Source of the DNA: Trichoplax adhaerens
Taxonomy: Eukaryota > Animalia > Placozoa
Assembly: GCF_000150275.1 (NCBI RefSeq)
Contig: NW_002060947.1
Span: 852,695 to 916,694, forward strand
Reading direction: 5' to 3'
DNA length: 64,000 bases
Notes under the pieces: generated by a model
The model's database searches: none
Told to the model about the DNA's origin: nothing
The model's input: the letters and a program-made list of their open reading frames with translations, nothing else
Translations under genes and position numbers: made by a program
Shown here: piece after piece, positions 27,480 through 38,564 of the stretch
Position numbering within the stretch: the first letter of the stretch is position 1
Layout of the letters: each line of letters starts with the position of its first letter

Positions 27480-29290
27480 AATACTGTAGTGTACAGTACT
27501 GTCTGCTGCCTTTATACTGTACAATCTACTCTATCCAGCAGATCGTTATCAATGTCGTGATCAATATTTTACACTATCTACAATTGTATTATGACTAGTT
27601 AACATCTGCGATTGGATCTTACAGCAATCAAGATGAATGAACGATGGTTTAAAATTGGACTGTCGAGATAACGATGCCAACTGCAAAATGGAAAAACTTG
27701 CTTGCCCAATCTTTCTCCCAATCTCGTCGCTTGGCTGTAGCACCGTAGTCCGCTTAAATAAACTCTCCTCAATACGATGATGGACGACTGATGATCAAGT
27801 CAAGAGACTGTTTCCAATCCAGTTAGCAGAGTCTACAACAGTCGCTATTTACTATACAAAAAGGAGGGAGATGAATGACTAGACTGAAGTTTACAGTTAA
27901 ATCAGTTAAAATGCAAATTGTTAAACCAATCAGATTTAAATCGACCCGCCATGCGCATGCTTACTCAAGTTTGGCAAGAGAATGGGTTCCAGCGAAGTGT
28001 ACAGTGTACACTGTACAGTACAGTACTGTACAGTACAATAAGATGATTGTGTTGAGAGAAAGAATTTGGGACTGTACAGTACTGTACTGTACTGTACTAT
28101 TTTCGGATCGGATTCGGATTTTATGTAGCGCTTTCAATCGGATTAAATGTTTAGTCGTAGTGGGGTTACAATACACTACTGTACTGTACTGTGATGTTGT
28201 CGATAGAAGTTCGAGACTAGTTTGAGTACCAGACTACCAGTACTACAGTATGCAGTACAGTATTCCACATACTGTACACAGTGTACAGTACAGTATCTAC
28301 ACTCCGAGTGTCCACTGTCCAGTGTCAAGTCGCGATCGTTACAATAAAATCCGTTTTCTGCCATGGCTAAAAAGGAAAGAGACGGGAACAGGAAACGGTT
28401 GTTCACTCTACTAATAAATTGGGCAGACTGATTAATTTGCCCGTCATTTTAACTCTATTGCATGTCTGTAATGGTATACTGTACTACACTGTCCATGATT
28501 GACATCCAGATTAGCTGCTATTAGCCAGGTTGGTTTGAGCAATATGGTATACCGTACAGTACTGTACATTGTGCGCTTTCATCGGTAGCCTACAGTAAAG
28601 TACTGTACTGGATAGTACGGGGGGCGCCCGGAAAGTCTGGACAACATCTTATTTATTTCTGTATGAAAGATGTGCCCAAACTTTATATGCAAATTCTGCA
28701 TGCAGTAAGATCATATTCTGGAGATTTGAATATCGCAAACAGCAATGTTCTGAGACGTTCAGGTGTCTGTCCTGTACTGTACTGTAATATCAGCGAAAAA
28801 ATGATAAGCCGCTGCAGTATTTTGCACTGAAAGCGTGTCCCGTCTCTTTTCAGTGCTGAGTGCCGGTAGTAGAATGCTCCAAAAAGACCAATCGTGATGA
28901 ACCTTGCTATACACATAGGTCTCTTATTGTACATAGTTACCCAGTCATGAAGTCAAGAGCTATCCGTCAATATTAAAACCATGCATTTGCGATCAATTTT
29001 GTACAAATGATGCAAAATTATTCTATCCAATGTACAGCACTGTACAGTATGGGGATCACGTCGTTCATAACCCTACATACAGTACTGTACTGTACACTGT
29101 TCTTCCACCCTTATTGACGACTTGTCGCGTTAAATGAGGTCAAAGTTCAGCTCATCGAATCCATTGAATATTACTGTACTAGTAAATAATTCATTTATTT
29201 ATTATTATTATTTAGTACCGTACGGCACTGGTGCATGTACAGTGTACAGTACAGTACATACAGTGAAGTGTACTGTAGTCTACAGTACGT
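27480..29290. repeat. Dispersed clusters of TACAG/TACTG/TGTACA palindromic repeats
   Basis: Examples: GTACAGTGTACACTGTACAGTACAGTACTGTACAGTAC (about 27999-28036), plus 28071-28100, 28250-28300, 28553-28570, 29030-29100 and 29237-29290. Confidence 0.8.
29137..29149 (+). promoter_or_regulatory. DR1 nuclear-receptor element (HNF4/RXR/COUP-TF type)
   Basis: AGGTCA-A-AGTTCA, about 480 bp upstream of the likely ATG of P450 copy 1. Confidence 0.5.
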
Positions 29291-29333
29291 ACGCGTCAGT
29301 TTTCTGCTTGTCACATCATTTTTAACCCTTTAA

Positions 29334-29481
29334 GTCGCGCAGCCGCTATCGCAGTTGCTCTTAGAACTTATTGTTGCCGTATGGAAACAATACAGTTTAT
29401 ACAATAGGTCGCGCAGCCGCTATCGCAGTTGCTCTTAGACTTATTGTTGCCGTATGGAAACAATACAGTTATAGTACAATA
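29334..29481. repeat. Two ~74-bp near-identical tandem copies
   Basis: GTCGCGCAGCCGCTATCGCAGTTGCTCTTAGA..TATGGAAACAATACAGTT starts at 29334 and again at 29408. Confidence 0.9.
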
Positions 29482-29629
29482 AGCATTTAAAGATGAGCTA
29501 ATTTTCTGAATGAAATTAGACCCAACAGTAGGGTCTAGTAACCCTGTTGTTGTTTACTTGTTCCACCGGCGATTGAGCTTGTACACTTTGGCCATCTTGT
29601 TATCTATTTCAAGTAAGATAGCCATCAAA

Positions 29630-31135
29630 ATGATGCAACTTTTACACATGGGGTGGTTGCCTCCGATCTCCACTCCAAGTATTCTCATCGCAAGCTTTCT
29701 TGGCTTGATAACTCTTGCATTATACCGGTATTTTATCGCTCCTTATCGACGACTCCGTCAATTAGGCATGAAAATTCCACGACCGATACCTTTATTAGGC
29801 AACATGTTCGATTATGGACCAACAAACCAACATGATGCTCAAGTTAAGAGACAACAAATATATGGCAACCTTTATGGAACACTCTTTTTCCATATACCTA
29901 CTATATGGATTGGCGATCCTGACATATTAAAGTCAATAACGGTCAAGGAGTTTTCCAACTTTACCAATCGTTTCGCCTTAAATCAACCACGTCCACCCTT
30001 CGATAAAGCAGTTATACAATTGAAGGATCAAGATTGGAAACGCGTAAGAACAATTCTTATACCTACCTTTAGTACTTCCAAATTGAAAGCAATTGTGCCA
30101 CTGATTGAAAGCGCTGGCGACGATCTCATCCAGACGTTATCAACAGCTGAAGAAAAAGGGAGAGTAATCGATATATGGCGTACTTGTGGCGTATTTACAA
30201 TGAAAGTGATCCTAGCTACGGCATTCGGTATCGATTTCGAGTCCAAAGAGCAAGAAAAGAAATTAACTGAATCTGCTGGTGTACTATTTCGTAACATAAA
30301 TGGTGTTTTGCAATTTTTATTTGTATTTTTTACACCGTTATTTCGCTTACTCGAGCCTTTACTCGGTGGTAAAATAATTTCTTCTGTAAAGTACTTGGTT
30401 ACAACAACGGAAAATGTCTTGAAAGAAAGAAGAAGAAATTTAAAAGATGGTATCCCTTGCCGAAGAGATATTCTACAACAAATGATCGAAGCTGGTGATA
30501 ATGACAAGCTCACTGACGAAGAAATTATTGCTCAAGCTATTATTTTTCTGGTCGCAGGTTATGAAACTACTGCTAATACACTGGGATTTGCATCATATTT
30601 ACTGGCTACAAATCCAGATGCACAAAAGAAATTAAGAGATGAAATTGATTCACTCTGTCCTGATGCAAATTCAATCGACTACGATACTCTATTCAGCTTA
30701 CCTTACTTAGATATGGTCATTTCCGAAACATTACGAATGTATCCTCCAGCTTTCTTTATTAATCGTGAAGCTAGAGAAGATATTACTATTAATGGTCTAC
30801 TTATTCCTAAAGATGTCATGGTTGGTTTTCCTATTTACGCAATTCATTATAATCCTAAATTATGGCCTAAGCCTAATGAATTTATACCAGAACGCTTTTC
30901 ACCTGAAGAAAAAGCTAAACAGATACCGTGTAGCTATCTACCATTTGGAGGAGGTCCACGTAATTGTATAGGAATGCGGCTAGCATTATTGGAAGCTAAG
31001 TTAGCCTTGGTTAAGATTATACAAAATTTCGAATTGAAAACAGTAGCCGAGACGGAAATACCACTAAAGCTACGAAGTGGAGCTACTCTATCTCCGCTTA
31101 ACGGTGTATTCGTTGGCCTAAGCCGAAGATCTTGA
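29630..31135 (+). CDS. Cytochrome P450, clan 3 (CYP3-like), copy 1, intronless
   Basis: N-terminal anchor and Pro-rich hinge, WKRVR, I-helix AGYETT, ETLR, PERF, heme motif FGGGPRNCIG. The ATG at 29630 gives 501 aa, matching copy 3; the ORF track starts further upstream at 29510. Confidence 0.96.
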   Translation: MMQLLHMGWLPPISTPSILIASFLGLITLALYRYFIAPYRRLRQLGMKIPRPIPLLGNMFDYGPTNQHDAQVKRQQIYGNLYGTLFFHIPTIWIGDPDILKSITVKEFSNFTNRFALNQPRPPFDKAVIQLKDQDWKRVRTILIPTFSTSKLKAIVPLIESAGDDLIQTLSTAEEKGRVIDIWRTCGVFTMKVILATAFGIDFESKEQEKKLTESAGVLFRNINGVLQFLFVFFTPLFRLLEPLLGGKIISSVKYLVTTTENVLKERRRNLKDGIPCRRDILQQMIEAGDNDKLTDEEIIAQAIIFLVAGYETTANTLGFASYLLATNPDAQKKLRDEIDSLCPDANSIDYDTLFSLPYLDMVISETLRMYPPAFFINREAREDITINGLLIPKDVMVGFPIYAIHYNPKLWPKPNEFIPERFSPEEKAKQIPCSYLPFGGGPRNCIGMRLALLEAKLALVKIIQNFELKTVAETEIPLKLRSGATLSPLNGVFVGLSRRS

Positions 31136-31731
31136 AGCGACAGAACTGCCTGTATTAGCCTAAGTATGACCGATTTACTTTATCGTAGAATACTAAATCT
31201 GGTCAATATTCGTATACTGATGTAATCTCAAGATGTGGACTTGCGGAAACTTTAAAGTACAGCACATTGGACCAATTTTGAATAATTAGTACAAATTATT
31301 CATGGTTCAGTAAAGCAATCGTAGCCTTAAAAGCGTGTTGTTCGCTTTTATTATACATTACATAAAAGTTCACATATACAATATGTATTTATACTGTAAT
31401 GCGAGTATAAATTATACTTCTCTACCAATTTCAACGCTCAATTTATCTATATTCTGTGTAGTGATAATTCTATATCTATAATTAATCAACTTTAATGCGA
31501 AATGCTATAATTTCAAGGCCGCATGCGGTCTTTAGGAATCAACAGTTATACATATTATAAATGTCTTTTAGTAACAGGTTGGTTATTATATTAAATATGA
31601 CATATGTGTGGCTACAGTGTCATGGAATAAATAATATCCGTCTACTCAACGGCACAACTGTTGAGCTAGGATTACCTTAGTGCTTATGACTATAATTGTT
31701 ACATGTCCTACTAATGTTGTACTAATGTGTT

Positions 31732-31927
31732 ATTTTTTTCTTAACCTAAGTAACGTATACAGTAGTCTGGGTCATTTAAAATTTTTCTCTTTGTTATCGG
31801 ATGTAGTATAATAAATGATATCGAAGTTTTATTTTTTCTTAACCTAAGTAACGTATACAGGAGTCTGGGTCAGTTCAGACTTTTCTCTTTGTGATCGGAT
31901 GTAATATAATAAACGATATCGAAGTTT
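31732..31927. repeat. Two ~98-bp tandem copies
   Basis: TTTTTTCTTAACCTAAGTAACGTATACAG.AGTCTGGGTCA..GATATCGAAGTTT occurs twice. Confidence 0.88.
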
Positions 31928-32848
31928 AATTCTGAAAAAATTAATGATGATTAGTTTAAATGTTGACATCATTTGTTCATAATTCATCATTATATTCATG
32001 TACTATGTGTAGATTCACAATTGATATCGAATAAAACTACCATTTAGTATGAGTATGATACACTAACAATATTATATCGTGTTGCGCAGTAATGTGAGCA
32101 AAACTGAACTCCTAAAATGTACGCGCACAAGATTATTGTAAATACGACTAGCTTGGAGATACCGCCAGCAAGATAGCGGATAATGAGTTCTATTAAGTTG
32201 TATGCTAATGCATTGTAAATTGATAGGCTCGCGTACAAAATTGATAAATTCATATACCATATTACGAGTTCCTTCTCTACATGCTGTTGATCGATGAGCT
32301 ACGCGTGCATCGCCTTGCTAGCGAGCTTCTACTGAAGAAGAAAGCCGATATTTAACAAGTGTCTCAAAAGACAGAATGCTGCAAAACGACAAATTCAGTA
32401 GCTCGAATCTGACAGTCTCTATCCTATTGAAACCCAAAGAAATTCAAGCCCAAGAACCATCTCAAAATTCATTGTTCTACATTACTTTGGGACTGGTCAA
32501 AAGTTATCCAATTACCATGGTAATTTACCGTCAATAACCCATGACTAGTTGCTGATACAGTGCAACACAGTATGACGTAATATCAGATCACCTTTTACGG
32601 TAAACATGATCAGACCAGAACTTATACCGTACACCCAAAGGCAAAGTTATTCGTACTGTATATTAACTTAATTATATACAAAATTTGAACTAATTTGAAC
32701 ATTGCCATTTTTATGCCGGATAGAACGAAATTAATCCACTTCCAATTTTTCATTGTCAACTGATCATCACCTTGAAATTCTGTAGTTGTAACAAGTGATT
32801 TAGCCCTTTCACATTCGATCCAAGACAGGTATAATAATAATTTTAAAC

Positions 32849-34336
32849 ATGTGGGGGCTGCCTCAACTCTCTATTCAAAGCTTTCTCATTACAAGCTTTC
32901 TTGGTTGTATTACGATAGTGTTATATCGTAATTTCATTGCCCCTTATCGACGACTCAGTCAATTGGGACTTAAAATTTCGATGCCTACGCCTTTAATGGG
33001 TAACAATCTGGATTATGGATCAACTAACCAACATATTGCTCAGATAAAGAGACAAGAAATGTATGGTAAGATTTGGGGGACACTCTTTTTCCATATACCT
33101 ACTATATGGATTGGCGATCCTGACATATTAAAGTCAATAACGGTCAAGGAGTTTTCCAACTTTACCAATCGTTTCGCCTTAAATCAACCACGTCCACCCT
33201 TCGATAAAGCAGTTGTACAATTGAAGGATCAAGATTGGAAACGCGTAAGAACAATTCTTATACCTACCTTTAGTACTTCAAAATTGAAAGCAATTGTACC
33301 ATTCGTTAAAGGCGCTGGCGACGATCTCATCCAGACGTTATCAACAGCTGAAGAAAAAGGGAGAGTAATCGATATATGGCGTACTTGTGGCGTATTTACA
33401 ATGAAAGTGATCCTAGCTACGGCATTCGGTATCGATTTCGAGTCCAAAGAGCAAGAAAAGAAATTAACTGAATCTGCTGGTGTACTATTTCGGGATATTA
33501 GTGGTATTTTACAATTCCTGGTGATATATTTCACGCCAATGTTTGCTCTTCTCGAACCTTTACTCGGTGGTAAAATAGTTTCTTCTGTAAAGTACTTGGT
33601 TACAACGACGGAAAATGTCTTGAAAGAAAGAAGAAGAAATTTAAAAGATGGTATCCCTTGCCGAAGAGATATTCTACAACAAATGATCGAAGCTGGTGAT
33701 AATGACAAGCTCACTGACGAAGAAATTATTGCTCAAGCTATTATTTTTCTGATCGCTGGTTATGATACTACTGCTAATACACTGGGATTTGCATCATATT
33801 TACTGGCTACAAATCCAGATGCACAAAAGAAATTAAGAGATGAAATTGATTCACTCTGTCCTGATGCAAATTCAATCGACTACGATACTCTATTCAGCTT
33901 ACCTTACTTAGATATGGTCATTTCCGAAACATTACGAATGTACCCTCCAGCTTATTTTGTTAACCGTGAAGCTAAAGAAGATATCACGATTAATGGTCTT
34001 CTTATTCCTAAAGATATTATGGTCTGCTTCCCAATCTATGGTATTCATCATAATCCAGAATTATGGCCTAAGCCTAATGAATTTATACCAGAACGCTTTT
34101 CACCTGAAGAAAAAGCTAAACAGATACCGTGTAGCTATCTACCATTTGGAGGAGGTCCACGTAACTGTGTAGGGATGCGATTAGCTTTGCTCGAAGCAAA
34201 GTTAGCCTTGGTTAAGATTATACAAAATTTCGAATTGAAAACAGTAGCCGAGACGGAAATACCACTAAAGCTACGAAGTGGAACTACTCTATCTCCATTT
34301 AACGGAGTATACGTCGGTCTAAGCCGAAGAAATTAG
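32849..34336 (+). CDS. Cytochrome P450, clan 3, copy 2, intronless
   Basis: 495-aa ORF with AGYDTT, ETLR, PERF and FGGGPRNCVG. Confidence 0.96.
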   Translation: MWGLPQLSIQSFLITSFLGCITIVLYRNFIAPYRRLSQLGLKISMPTPLMGNNLDYGSTNQHIAQIKRQEMYGKIWGTLFFHIPTIWIGDPDILKSITVKEFSNFTNRFALNQPRPPFDKAVVQLKDQDWKRVRTILIPTFSTSKLKAIVPFVKGAGDDLIQTLSTAEEKGRVIDIWRTCGVFTMKVILATAFGIDFESKEQEKKLTESAGVLFRDISGILQFLVIYFTPMFALLEPLLGGKIVSSVKYLVTTTENVLKERRRNLKDGIPCRRDILQQMIEAGDNDKLTDEEIIAQAIIFLIAGYDTTANTLGFASYLLATNPDAQKKLRDEIDSLCPDANSIDYDTLFSLPYLDMVISETLRMYPPAYFVNREAKEDITINGLLIPKDIMVCFPIYGIHHNPELWPKPNEFIPERFSPEEKAKQIPCSYLPFGGGPRNCVGMRLALLEAKLALVKIIQNFELKTVAETEIPLKLRSGTTLSPFNGVYVGLSRRN

Positions 34337-36344
34337 AGTTACAGTACTGTCCATATCAATTATAATGATTAAAAATAGTGAATAGAATTATGTTAAAATT
34401 ATTTGTATTTTTGTGCACAGCAATAGCAATCACGTAAAGGGTGATCCTTTTTACTCCATAGTTAAGTACATATGTCATCAGAATATTTATCCTAAGAAAC
34501 TATTAGCGGTTCTTATTTTAAAGTGCTGCTGTACAAATATATTAACTACTTTATTTGACCTTTAATAAGAATAATTATACATCCATATAGGTAGCCTTAC
34601 TTCGAAATTGCTCGTTAAATATTTTAAATTTGATAGATAGAGTATTTTTTATGAAATATACTGTATTTATGCAAACCTAGAATATGATTACTGAGCAGAA
34701 ATATCATAGTAAGGTTTTATCATAGTAATTATTAAATGTTATCGTAATTAATATACATATAAATTAGGCAGAATAAAATCGTAATATCATTATTTATTTT
34801 GTAGCCTTAAGGAAGTTGCAGCTAATATCCTCTAATCATTTTAATAAAGGCAAACTAGTTTATCGCTAACTTCATTATCAAGATTTTTGCAAATATACAA
34901 TTGCATCCCAAATCGATGCTAATTGAAGATAGCCTGCTACATAATCATATCTTCTTTACAATGTATCAAGTATGTATTTCATATGGAAGCTGACAAAATA
35001 GTTAGAATACATAAAATCAAATATGATTATTGTAGGTCTCTTCATTATTATAAATTACTATATAGAGCCATCACAGTCTATTACATATTACATCAGCGCT
35101 GAATTTTGAATATTAACTCCCAATTACTTAACACGGCTACAGTTTGTTTAGTTTGTGGTTACTCTTTCATACAGCCTCTGAATAAGCGAGCTTTACTTAG
35201 ATTCGTGGTATCCAATAATGCAATAAATTTAACATTCTAGCATAACCAATTTGATCTAAAAACGAAAGCCATAAATATCAACTTTATTTTTAAGCCATGC
35301 AGATTTGGCATACTTGTAATTGGGCGTGGGTAAATATTCACTGTTTTAAAGAAATCCTCTTTAAGATCATTACATTTTCTCTTTGTACTCAAAGTTAATA
35401 TTATGGAGGCGGCATTCAAGTGTTGAGATATTACATAATCGATTTCGAAAATACGTGCAATTAATACAGCGCCCATAAGTTCATTAAAGCTTGAATGAAG
35501 AATTACTAGAAAGGCAATTTCTTCTATAAATTCGTACACTGTCATACACAATCATATAATACATATATTCTTAAATCGTATACTCCTAAAGTAAATACAT
35601 AAATTTACCAATTACGTCTCAGTGCGGTCGCTGCATATTGATTAATTATAGTTAATTACGTTACCTCATTACTGCTGATGTAAAAGCTGATATAGCACGA
35701 TCTTAAATTTTATACGATTATAGCTCGTAGTTTCTAAAGGAATTTATACGCATACGGTAACGATAACACACCGAATATTGCAATCTGATATTGCACTATG
35801 ACACCAGAAGTTTCTAAAATTTTGCATTGAGTACTGGGCATTCTAAAATACAGGTATATAGTTAAAGGGCTGATACTTACGTAAGACGTAAACTAATGTT
35901 TACTCATACAGCATAGAATTTTTTATTTACAAGCATTAATCGAACTTCTTCAAGATATGCCAGGAAACTACGATGCAATACTAATTTTTGCTTCAGTTGC
36001 AAGGTGACTACTGCTTATAGTCCATTAAAAGGTTAAGAAATAAATGAAAATAGCTGATTTAATACAAGATATAATTAGTTATTCATGCATTTACGAATAT
36101 ATATTAATCAGCCACTGACAAGCGGAAATCAAAACAGTTTCAGGTTTTATCCAGTATACAAGGGAACTTTACTACATGGTAAAAGACCATAGTCTCTATA
36201 CTAACATATGTGCTCAAACACTAGTGGTAGGTTTGTCGCCTGCCTACTGTATTCGGAAGTTGCCTAATGATTTTCGTTACTATAAAAATGGTCTTAACTA
36301 GCTCTGGTTAATCTAGTGTAGTCGCAAATTAGAAATGTAAAGAG

Positions 36345-36765
36345 GATCAATAGCTTCAAAATTCGCTCAGGCTGCAGTATATGATGGTTCTTTGTGGTTG
36401 TTTACACTGTCTAGTAGCAAATATATCATCTAGACCTTGTATCGAACTCCATCTTAATTTCCATTCTATCTCACCCAAATTGATGTACGTACTCGTATAC
36501 TAGTAACAGTTTTATAGACTGCCGATTTGAGGCGTTGTCTAATGATTCTTTATTCCTGTAAAAGTCATCTTTATTAGCACTTAGTATTCTATTCTAGTCT
36601 CAACTTAGAAAGTACAGCAGATCGATAACTTCAAAATTCGCTTAGTCTGCAGTGTATTATAATACTTTGTAGGTAGCCTACACTGTCTAGCAGCAGATAC
36701 AGTACATCATCTACACATTGTCTTGAACTCTATCTTAATTTCCATTCCATCCCGCCCGAAGTGAT
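36345..36765. repeat. ~140-bp diverged direct duplication (about 36345-36484 and 36620-36765) upstream of P450 copy 3
   Basis: Shared CTTCAAAATTCGCT.AG.CTGCAGT..TACACTGTCTAG.AGCA.ATA..GAACTC.ATCTTAATTTCCATTC. Confidence 0.8.
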
Positions 36766-37058
36766 TTCTATTGGACTACTCTTTAAACAAATAGTAAATG
36801 CTTTTGTGATAGCTCTATACTTGCACCAGGGCGCGGTCCGATCGAAGAAGTGGTTATATTTAATTATTAAATGTCACGCTTTGGATACAAGACTAGAATT
36901 ACGTCATAATTTAGCTCTACATAAAACGAGATTACCTATTCTTCATTTGCTGACGATCAGCAACAAGTTATCAGCTTGAGCTTCTGAGTTATTTATCACT
37001 ATATTTACGAGCTTTTGTATATATCTTTACTGTATTTCGCTGCGAGATAGAAATAAAC

Positions 37059-38564
37059 ATGATAAAAATTTTCGACTTTTTGTGGCTGCCACAGCTATCT
37101 ATTCAAAGCTTCCTCTTTGCAAGCTTTCTTGGCCTGATTACCATTACATTATACCGTAATTTTATTGTCCCCTATCGCAAGCTGAGCAAATTAGGAATTA
37201 ATGTTTCACCACCTATGCCTTTATTAGGCAATATGCTGGATTATGGTTCCACTAATCGACATATTGCTCAAGTAAAGAGACAAGAATTATATGGCAATGT
37301 CTGCGGAACATTATTCTTTCACATACCTAATCTGTGGGTTGGTGATCCCGAAATGTTAAAGATAATAACAGTCAAGGAATTTTCTAATTTTGCTAATCGA
37401 TTTTCTTTGACTAAACCGCGTCCCCCTTTTGATAAAACAGTGGTACAATTGAAGGATCAAGATTGGAAACGTGTAAGAACAATTCTTATACCCACCTTTA
37501 GTACTTCAAAATTGAAAGGAATCATGCCACTTATTACCGACGCCGGCGACAATCTCATCAAGACGATGTCAAAAGCTGAAGAAGAAGGAAGAGCAATCGA
37601 TATGTGGCGTACTTGTGGTGTATATACAATGAAAGTTATCCTAGCCACGGTATTCGGTATCGATTTTGAATCAAAAGAGCAAGAAAAGAAATTAACTGAA
37701 TCAGCTGCTAGGTTATTTCGTAATACTAATGGCGTTATACAATTCTTTTCTATATTTCTTACCCCACTATTTCGCATGGTCGAGCCTCTACTTGGTGGTA
37801 ACTTAGTCAAGTCGACCATATACTTAGCTAAGACAGCAGAAAATGTCTTGAGAGAAAGAAGAAGAAATTTAAAAAATGGTATCCCTTGCCGAAGAGATAT
37901 TCTACAACAAATGATCGAAGCTGGTGATGGTGACAAGCTCACTGACGAAGAAATTATTGCTCAAGCATTTATCTTTCTGATCGCTGGTTATGATACTACT
38001 GCTAATACACTGGGATTTGCATCATACTCACTGGCTACAAATCCAGACGTGCAAAAGAAATTAAGAGATGAAATTGATTCACTCTGTCCTGATGCAAATT
38101 CAATCGACTACGATACTCTATTCAGCTTACCTTACTTAGATATGGTCATTTCCGAAACATTACGAATGTATCCTCCAGCTTATTTTGTTAACCGTGAAGC
38201 TAAAGAAGATATCACGATTAATGGTCTTCTTGTTCCTAAAGATATTATGGTTAGCTTCCCAATCTACGGTATTCATCATAATCCAGAATTATGGCCTAAG
38301 CCTAATGAATTTATACCAGAACGCTTTTCACCTGAAGAAAAAGCTAAACAGATACCGTGTAGCTATCTACCATTTGGAGGAGGTCCACGTAACTGTGTAG
38401 GGATGCGATTAGCTTTGCTCGAAGCAAAGTTAGCCTTGGTTAAGATTATACAAAATTTCGAATTGAAAACAGTAGCCGAGACGGAAATACCACTAAAGCT
38501 ACGAAGTGGAACTACTCTATCTCCATTTAACGGAGCATACGTCGGTCTAACCCGAAGATATTAA
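37059..38564 (+). CDS. Cytochrome P450, clan 3, copy 3, intronless
   Basis: 501-aa ORF with AGYDTT, ETLR, PERF and FGGGPRNCVG. Confidence 0.96.
   Translation: MIKIFDFLWLPQLSIQSFLFASFLGLITITLYRNFIVPYRKLSKLGINVSPPMPLLGNMLDYGSTNRHIAQVKRQELYGNVCGTLFFHIPNLWVGDPEMLKIITVKEFSNFANRFSLTKPRPPFDKTVVQLKDQDWKRVRTILIPTFSTSKLKGIMPLITDAGDNLIKTMSKAEEEGRAIDMWRTCGVYTMKVILATVFGIDFESKEQEKKLTESAARLFRNTNGVIQFFSIFLTPLFRMVEPLLGGNLVKSTIYLAKTAENVLRERRRNLKNGIPCRRDILQQMIEAGDGDKLTDEEIIAQAFIFLIAGYDTTANTLGFASYSLATNPDVQKKLRDEIDSLCPDANSIDYDTLFSLPYLDMVISETLRMYPPAYFVNREAKEDITINGLLVPKDIMVSFPIYGIHHNPELWPKPNEFIPERFSPEEKAKQIPCSYLPFGGGPRNCVGMRLALLEAKLALVKIIQNFELKTVAETEIPLKLRSGTTLSPFNGAYVGLTRRY

Noticed and set aside
26267-27743. Short ORFs between cyclin A and the CYPs
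   Set aside because: No recognisable domain or consistent splice pattern; a decayed element cannot be excluded without a search.
28273-28287. TGTACA-nnn-TGTACA as a steroid-receptor (GRE/ARE) element
   Set aside because: It arises automatically from the repeat, and 3-ketosteroid receptors are not expected in this kind of animal.
27875-28406. ORFs rich in YSTV/TVLYC (also 12957-13660 and 29134-29325)
   Set aside because: They are translations of the GTAC repeats.
29510-29629. 40-aa N-terminal extension of CYP copy 1
   Set aside because: It is absent from the paralogues; the ATG at 29630 gives the same length as copy 3 and a normal signal-anchor position.
30028-37942. Three similar 161-aa antisense ORFs (30028-30513, 33229-33714, 37457-37942) and short alternative-frame ORFs inside the CYPs
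   Set aside because: They are shadows of near-identical CYP coding sequence, have no recognisable domain, and recur only because of paralogy.
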